From: Microcystaceae cyanobacterium
GTDB lineage: Bacteria; Cyanobacteriota; Cyanobacteriia; Cyanobacteriales; Microcystaceae
Direction: 5' to 3'
DNA: 64,000 bases
NCBI GenBank assembly: GCA_041746575.1
Contig: JBGTGT010000022.1
Location: forward strand, 1-64,000
Shown here: positions 59,408 to 64,000 of the stretch, in pieces
How positions within the stretch are numbered: the stretch's first letter is position 1
Layout of the letters: the number at the start of each line of letters is the position of its first letter
Program-made: the position numbers and the translations under genes
The notes under the pieces: generated by a model
Told to the model about the DNA's origin: nothing
What the model saw: the letters and a program-made list of their open reading frames with translations, nothing else
The model's database searches: none

Positions 59408-62400
59408 ATGACCAAACCTCGTATTAACTCCCTCACCACCCCTTCCCCCCAACCTTGGCTAGACTATGAAAGAGACGCTTGCGGTGTTGGCTTTATTGCG
59501 GACGTAAAAGGTCAAGGAAGCCATAATTTAATCAAACAAGCACTAAAAGCGTTAGGATGCTTAGAACATCGTGGTGGATGTAGTGCAGACTACGATTCTG
59601 GGGATGGTTCGGGGGTGATGACAGGGATTCCCAGAGATGTCTTTAAAGCATGGTTTGAGGAGAAAGGGATAAATATGCCTCCCGTGGAGCAATTAGGTGT
59701 AGGAATGGTGTTTTTGCCCCAAAATGAAAAAGAACGCCAAGAAGCTTGTCAACACATTGAAGCGGTGATTAATACTAAAAATTTAGAGGTGTTGGGATGG
59801 CGTGAAGTTCCCGTAAAACCTGAAGTATTGGGACGGCAAGCACGGGAAAATATGCCTTATATTGCCCAAATTATGGTACAATGTTCCCAAGGATTAGCAG
59901 GGGATGACCTAGATCGAGTTCTCTACATCGCACGGTCTTATGTGGGTAAAATGTTAAAGGATGATTTTTATATCTGTTCCTTTTCTTGTCGTACCATTGT
60001 CTATAAAGGGATGGTCAGAAGTGTTGTCTTAGGAGAATTTTACGACGATTTAGTCAATTCCGCCTATAGTAGTCAATTTGCTATCTATCACCGTCGTTTT
60101 AGTACCAACACCATGCCCAAATGGCCCTTTGCTCAGCCGATGCGATTATTAGGACATAACGGCGAAATTAACACCCTTTTAGGCAATATTAACTGGATGT
60201 CCACCCGTGAGCGTAATTTAAATGTACCAGGATGGGAAAACGAAGATTTAGAAGCGTTAACCCCTGTAGTGAATGCAGCCAATAGTGACTCCTATAATTT
60301 AGATAGTACGATGGAGTTATTAGTCCGCACTGGGCGCACACCTTTAGAGGCGGTGATGATTCTTGTGCCGGAAGCCTATCAAAATCAACCCGATTTGCAA
60401 GATAAGCCTGAAATTGTAGATTTTTACCAATATTATAGCGGCTTAAAAGAACCTTGGGATGGGCCTGCCTTATTGGTATTCAGCGATGGTAAGCGTGTGG
60501 GTGCGTGCTTAGACCGTAACGGGTTGCGTCCGGCGCGTTATATTATTACGAAGGATGATTATGTGGTCGTTGCTAGTGAAGCGGGGGTAGTCGATTTACC
60601 CGAAAGCGAGGTGGCCGAAAAAGGTAGACTTGGCCCCGGCCAAATGATTGCAGTTGATTTAAATACGCAAGAAATCTTGAAAAACTGGCAAATTAAAGAG
60701 CGCATCGCTTCAAAAAAACCTTATGGTGACTGGTTGAAGCAGTATCGTCATGTTTTAACCCCTCAATCCTTTACGGAAACCGCTGAAAATAACGCTCTCT
60801 TACAACAACAAACCGCCTTTGGTTACACGGCGGAAGACGTGGATATGATTTTAGTCCCAATGGCGACGCAAGGGAAAGAGCCTACCTTTTGCATGGGGGA
60901 CGACATCCCGTTAGCGGTACTTTCTGACAAACCTCGCCTACTTTACGACTATTTTAAGCAAAGATTCGCTCAAGTGACGAATCCTCCTATTGATCCTTTA
61001 CGGGAAAATTTGGTCATGTCTTTGGGAATGTTACTAGGAGAACGGGGTAATTTACTGCACATCAAAGCAGAAGATGCCAAATTAATCGAATTATTTAGTC
61101 CTGTCATTAATAACGCAGAATTAAACGAAATTAAAGCGTCTGACATTACAAGTGTAGAATTATCAACCCTATTTGAGATTACATCAGGTCCGTATGGATT
61201 GAAAACGGCTATTGATAACCTCTGCCGATCTGCGGTAAATTCGGTTAAAAATGGGGTCAAAATCTTAATTCTAACTGACCGTAGTGGAATAGACGAAAAT
61301 AATTCTTATATTCCTCCTTTGCTTGCGGTGGGTGCAGTTCATCATCACTTAATCAAAGAGGGGTTACGTCTCAAAGCCTCCCTAATTGTAGATACGGCAC
61401 AATGTTGGAGTACCCATCACTTTGCTTGTTTAATTGGCTACGGAGCTTCTGCTATTTGTCCTTATTTAGCTCTAGAATCCATTAGAATATGGTGGAATGA
61501 TGCTAAAACTCAAAATTTGATGGCGAATGGCAAGCTAGAATCTGTCAATTTGCAAGAAGCATTAAATAACTTCCGCAAGTCTATCGAAGCTGGATTGTTC
61601 AAAATCCTCTCCAAAATGGGTATTTCTCTGCTATCCTCCTATCATGGAGCGCAAATCTTCGAGGCGATTGGCTTAGGGCAGGATTTAGTCGATACTGGGT
61701 TTAAAGGGACGACAAGTCGGGTGGGTGGTTTAAGTATTGCTGAATTAGCCCAAGAAATTATTAATTTACATTGTCAAGCCTTTCCCAATTTAACCGCCAA
61801 GAAACTGGAAAACTACGGTTTTGTCAATTATCGTCCGGGTGGTGAATATCACATGAATTCTCCGGAGATGGCGAAATATCTCCACAAAGCAGTAGAAGCT
61901 TATAAAATTGGCGGCAATGGTACAAATGCAGAAGCCTACGACCATTATGCTCTCTATCAAAAATACTCAGCAGAACGTCCAGTAACAGCCTTACGAGATC
62001 TTTTAACGTTTAACCCAGATCGCTCCCCTATTCCGATTGAGGAAGTTGAACCCGTCGAAAATATGCTTAAACGCTTCTGTACAGGGGGTATGTCTCTTGG
62101 GGCATTGTCACGGGAAGCTCATGAGACTTTAGCCATTGCAATGAACCGAATTGGCGGAAAATCGAACTCAGGAGAAGGTGGCGAAGATCCTACGCGCTTT
62201 ATTATCCTTAATGATGTGGACGATGAGGGTAAATCTCCAACATTTTCTCATCTTAAAGGTTTGAGAAGCGGTGACATAGCGAGTTCTGCTATTAAACAGA
62301 TTGCATCGGGGCGTTTTGGCGTAACTCCTGAATATTTGATGAATGCCAAGCAATTAGAGATTAAAATGGCACAAGGGGCAAAACCCGGTGAAGGGGGGCA

Positions 62401-64000
62401 ATTACCCGGTAAAAAAGTCAGTTCTTATATTGCCATGTTACGGCGTTCTAAGCCCGGTGTTACCCTCATTTCACCCCCACCTCACCATGACATCTACTCC
62501 ATTGAAGACTTAGCGCAGTTAATCACCGATTTACACCAAATTAACCCCCAAGCAAAAGTATCCGTTAAACTGGTAGCGGAAATTGGCATCGGCACGATTG
62601 CAGCAGGGGTAGCTAAGGCTAACGCTGATATTATCCAGATTTCAGGACATGATGGCGGCACAGGCGCATCCCCGTTAAGTTCTATTAAACACGCCGGATG
62701 TCCTTGGGAATTAGGGGTAACAGAAGTCCATCGGATGCTGTTGGAAAATCAACTGCGTGAGCGCGTTATTTTGCGAGCTGACGGGGGTTTAAAGACAGGA
62801 TGGGATGTAATGATGGCAGCATTGATGGGAGCTGAAGAATACGGCTTCGGTTCGATTGCGATGATCGCAGAAGGCTGTATCATGGCGCGTATCTGCCACA
62901 CAAATAACTGTCCAGTAGGTGTCGCAACCCAACAAGAGAAGCTACGGGCAAGATTTAAGGGCGTTCCCGCAGATGTTGTCAATTTCTTCTACTTTATTGC
63001 CGAAGAAGTCCGTTCTATCTTGGCGCAATTGGGTTACCGGACTTTAAATGAAGTAATTGGTCGTTCTGATCTCTTAAAACAGCGTAGCGATGTAAAAGTG
63101 AGCAAAACGGCAGGAATGAATGTAGATTGCTTAATTCGCCTACCTGATGTTAAAGAAGACCGTACTTGGCTCAATCATGAAGACGTTCACAGTAACGGGG
63201 ATGTCTTAGATGATCAGATCCTAGCAAATGCAGATATCAGGGCGGCCATTAACCATCAAGGATCAATTACCAAAGAGATGGAGATTTTGAACACAAATCG
63301 CTCTGTAGGCGGTCGTATATCTGGGGTTATTGCTAAAAAATATGGGAATTCGGGGTTTGAAGGTCAAATTACTTTGAAATTCAAAGGTTCGGCCGGTCAA
63401 AGTTTCGGACTATTTAACTTGCCGGGGATGATTTTGCATCTCGAAGGGGAAGCGAATGACTATGTCGGTAAAGGAATGCACGGAGGCGAAATTATTATTA
63501 TTCCACCAAAAGAGGCTAACTATACCCCAGAAAATAATGTTATTCTTGGTAATACCTGCTTATATGGGGCAACAGGGGGCGTTATTTATGCCAATGGTAT
63601 CGCAGGGGAACGCTTTGCAGTGCGAAATTCGATGGCTAAGGCAGTGATTGAAGGCGCAGGAGATCACTGTTGCGAATACATGACTGGGGGCGTTATTGTC
63701 GTCTTAGGGAACGTTGGGCGTAATGTGGGTGCAGGAATGACGGGGGGATTAGGGTATTTTCTCGATGAAAGCGGAAATTTCCCCGAAAAAGTCAATTATG
63801 AGATAGTTAAGTTACAACGGGTATGCACTTATGCCGGAAAAGCACAATTAAAAGACTTAATTACGACTCATGTCGAACGTACAGGAAGTCCGAAAGGGAA
63901 GCATATTTTAGCAAATTGGGCGCAATATTTACCTCAATTCTGGCAAGTTGTTCCTCCCTCGGAAGCCGATAGTGCGGAGGCAAAAACAGAACACGAAAAA
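59408..64000 (+). CDS. glsF: Ferredoxin-dependent glutamate synthase (runs off the window; absent from the ORF track)
   Basis: ATG at 59408. Translation gives [56 protein letters not shown] and [11 protein letters not shown]. Confidence 0.93.
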   Translation, partial: MTKPRINSLTTPSPQPWLDYERDACGVGFIADVKGQGSHNLIKQALKALGCLEHRGGCSADYDSGDGSGVMTGIPRDVFKAWFEEKGINMPPVEQLGVGMVFLPQNEKERQEACQHIEAVINTKNLEVLGWREVPVKPEVLGRQARENMPYIAQIMVQCSQGLAGDDLDRVLYIARSYVGKMLKDDFYICSFSCRTIVYKGMVRSVVLGEFYDDLVNSAYSSQFAIYHRRFSTNTMPKWPFAQPMRLLGHNGEINTLLGNINWMSTRERNLNVPGWENEDLEALTPVVNAANSDSYNLDSTMELLVRTGRTPLEAVMILVPEAYQNQPDLQDKPEIVDFYQYYSGLKEPWDGPALLVFSDGKRVGACLDRNGLRPARYIITKDDYVVVASEAGVVDLPESEVAEKGRLGPGQMIAVDLNTQEILKNWQIKERIASKKPYGDWLKQYRHVLTPQSFTETAENNALLQQQTAFGYTAEDVDMILVPMATQGKEPTFCMGDDIPLAVLSDKPRLLYDYFKQRFAQVTNPPIDPLRENLVMSLGMLLGERGNLLHIKAEDAKLIELFSPVINNAELNEIKASDITSVELSTLFEITSGPYGLKTAIDNLCRSAVNSVKNGVKILILTDRSGIDENNSYIPPLLAVGAVHHHLIKEGLRLKASLIVDTAQCWSTHHFACLIGYGASAICPYLALESIRIWWNDAKTQNLMANGKLESVNLQEALNNFRKSIEAGLFKILSKMGISLLSSYHGAQIFEAIGLGQDLVDTGFKGTTSRVGGLSIAELAQEIINLHCQAFPNLTAKKLENYGFVNYRPGGEYHMNSPEMAKYLHKAVEAYKIGGNGTNAEAYDHYALYQKYSAERPVTALRDLLTFNPDRSPIPIEEVEPVENMLKRFCTGGMSLGALSREAHETLAIAMNRIGGKSNSGEGGEDPTRFIILNDVDDEGKSPTFSHLKGLRSGDIASSAIKQIASGRFGVTPEYLMNAKQLEIKMAQGAKPGEGGQLPGKKVSSYIAMLRRSKPGVTLISPPPHHDIYSIEDLAQLITDLHQINPQAKVSVKLVAEIGIGTIAAGVAKANADIIQISGHDGGTGASPLSSIKHAGCPWELGVTEVHRMLLENQLRERVILRADGGLKTGWDVMMAALMGAEEYGFGSIAMIAEGCIMARICHTNNCPVGVATQQEKLRARFKGVPADVVNFFYFIAEEVRSILAQLGYRTLNEVIGRSDLLKQRSDVKVSKTAGMNVDCLIRLPDVKEDRTWLNHEDVHSNGDVLDDQILANADIRAAINHQGSITKEMEILNTNRSVGGRISGVIAKKYGNSGFEGQITLKFKGSAGQSFGLFNLPGMILHLEGEANDYVGKGMHGGEIIIIPPKEANYTPENNVILGNTCLYGATGGVIYANGIAGERFAVRNSMAKAVIEGAGDHCCEYMTGGVIVVLGNVGRNVGAGMTGGLGYFLDESGNFPEKVNYEIVKLQRVCTYAGKAQLKDLITTHVERTGSPKGKHILANWAQYLPQFWQVVPPSEADSAEAKTEHEK

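Noticed and set aside
60970..63647. Four short ORFs in the track
   Set aside because: They are shadows of the glsF frame, which the track omits because its stop lies outside the window.

Overview
This is 64 kb of a unicellular cyanobacterial chromosome, probably Chroococcales. The assignment rests on many HIP1 GCGATCGC sites and on petBD, psbX, ndhF1, ftsH3 and glsF. Most of the window is housekeeping backbone: purB, petB-petD, hisH, a PAS hybrid kinase, PPK2, recQ, mutY, ftsH3, ispG, ndhF1, acyl-ACP synthetase, and a glutamate synthase that runs off the right edge. Accessory DNA is scattered through it: decayed IS630, ISAs1 and IS701 copies, an intact tnpB-only IS200/IS605 element, two or three MITEs, a Gtr-type glycosylation cluster, two PEP-CTERM proteins and two hicAB pairs. 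Two signals are not explained by the gene list. (1) Seven tiny GC-rich hairpin inserts of 45-54 nt. Each has a length divisible by three, each lies inside an insertion sequence, one is nested inside another, and the 45-nt class conserves structure rather than sequence. (2) At 56.9-59.0 kb, three degenerate GTAG...CTAC REP-like repeats (two of about 155 bp and one partial) separate gene-sized units (hicAB, hicAB, PEP-CTERM) like a cassette array with no integrase. No tRNA, rRNA or CRISPR array was seen. All family names come from motif recognition by eye, not from database searches.
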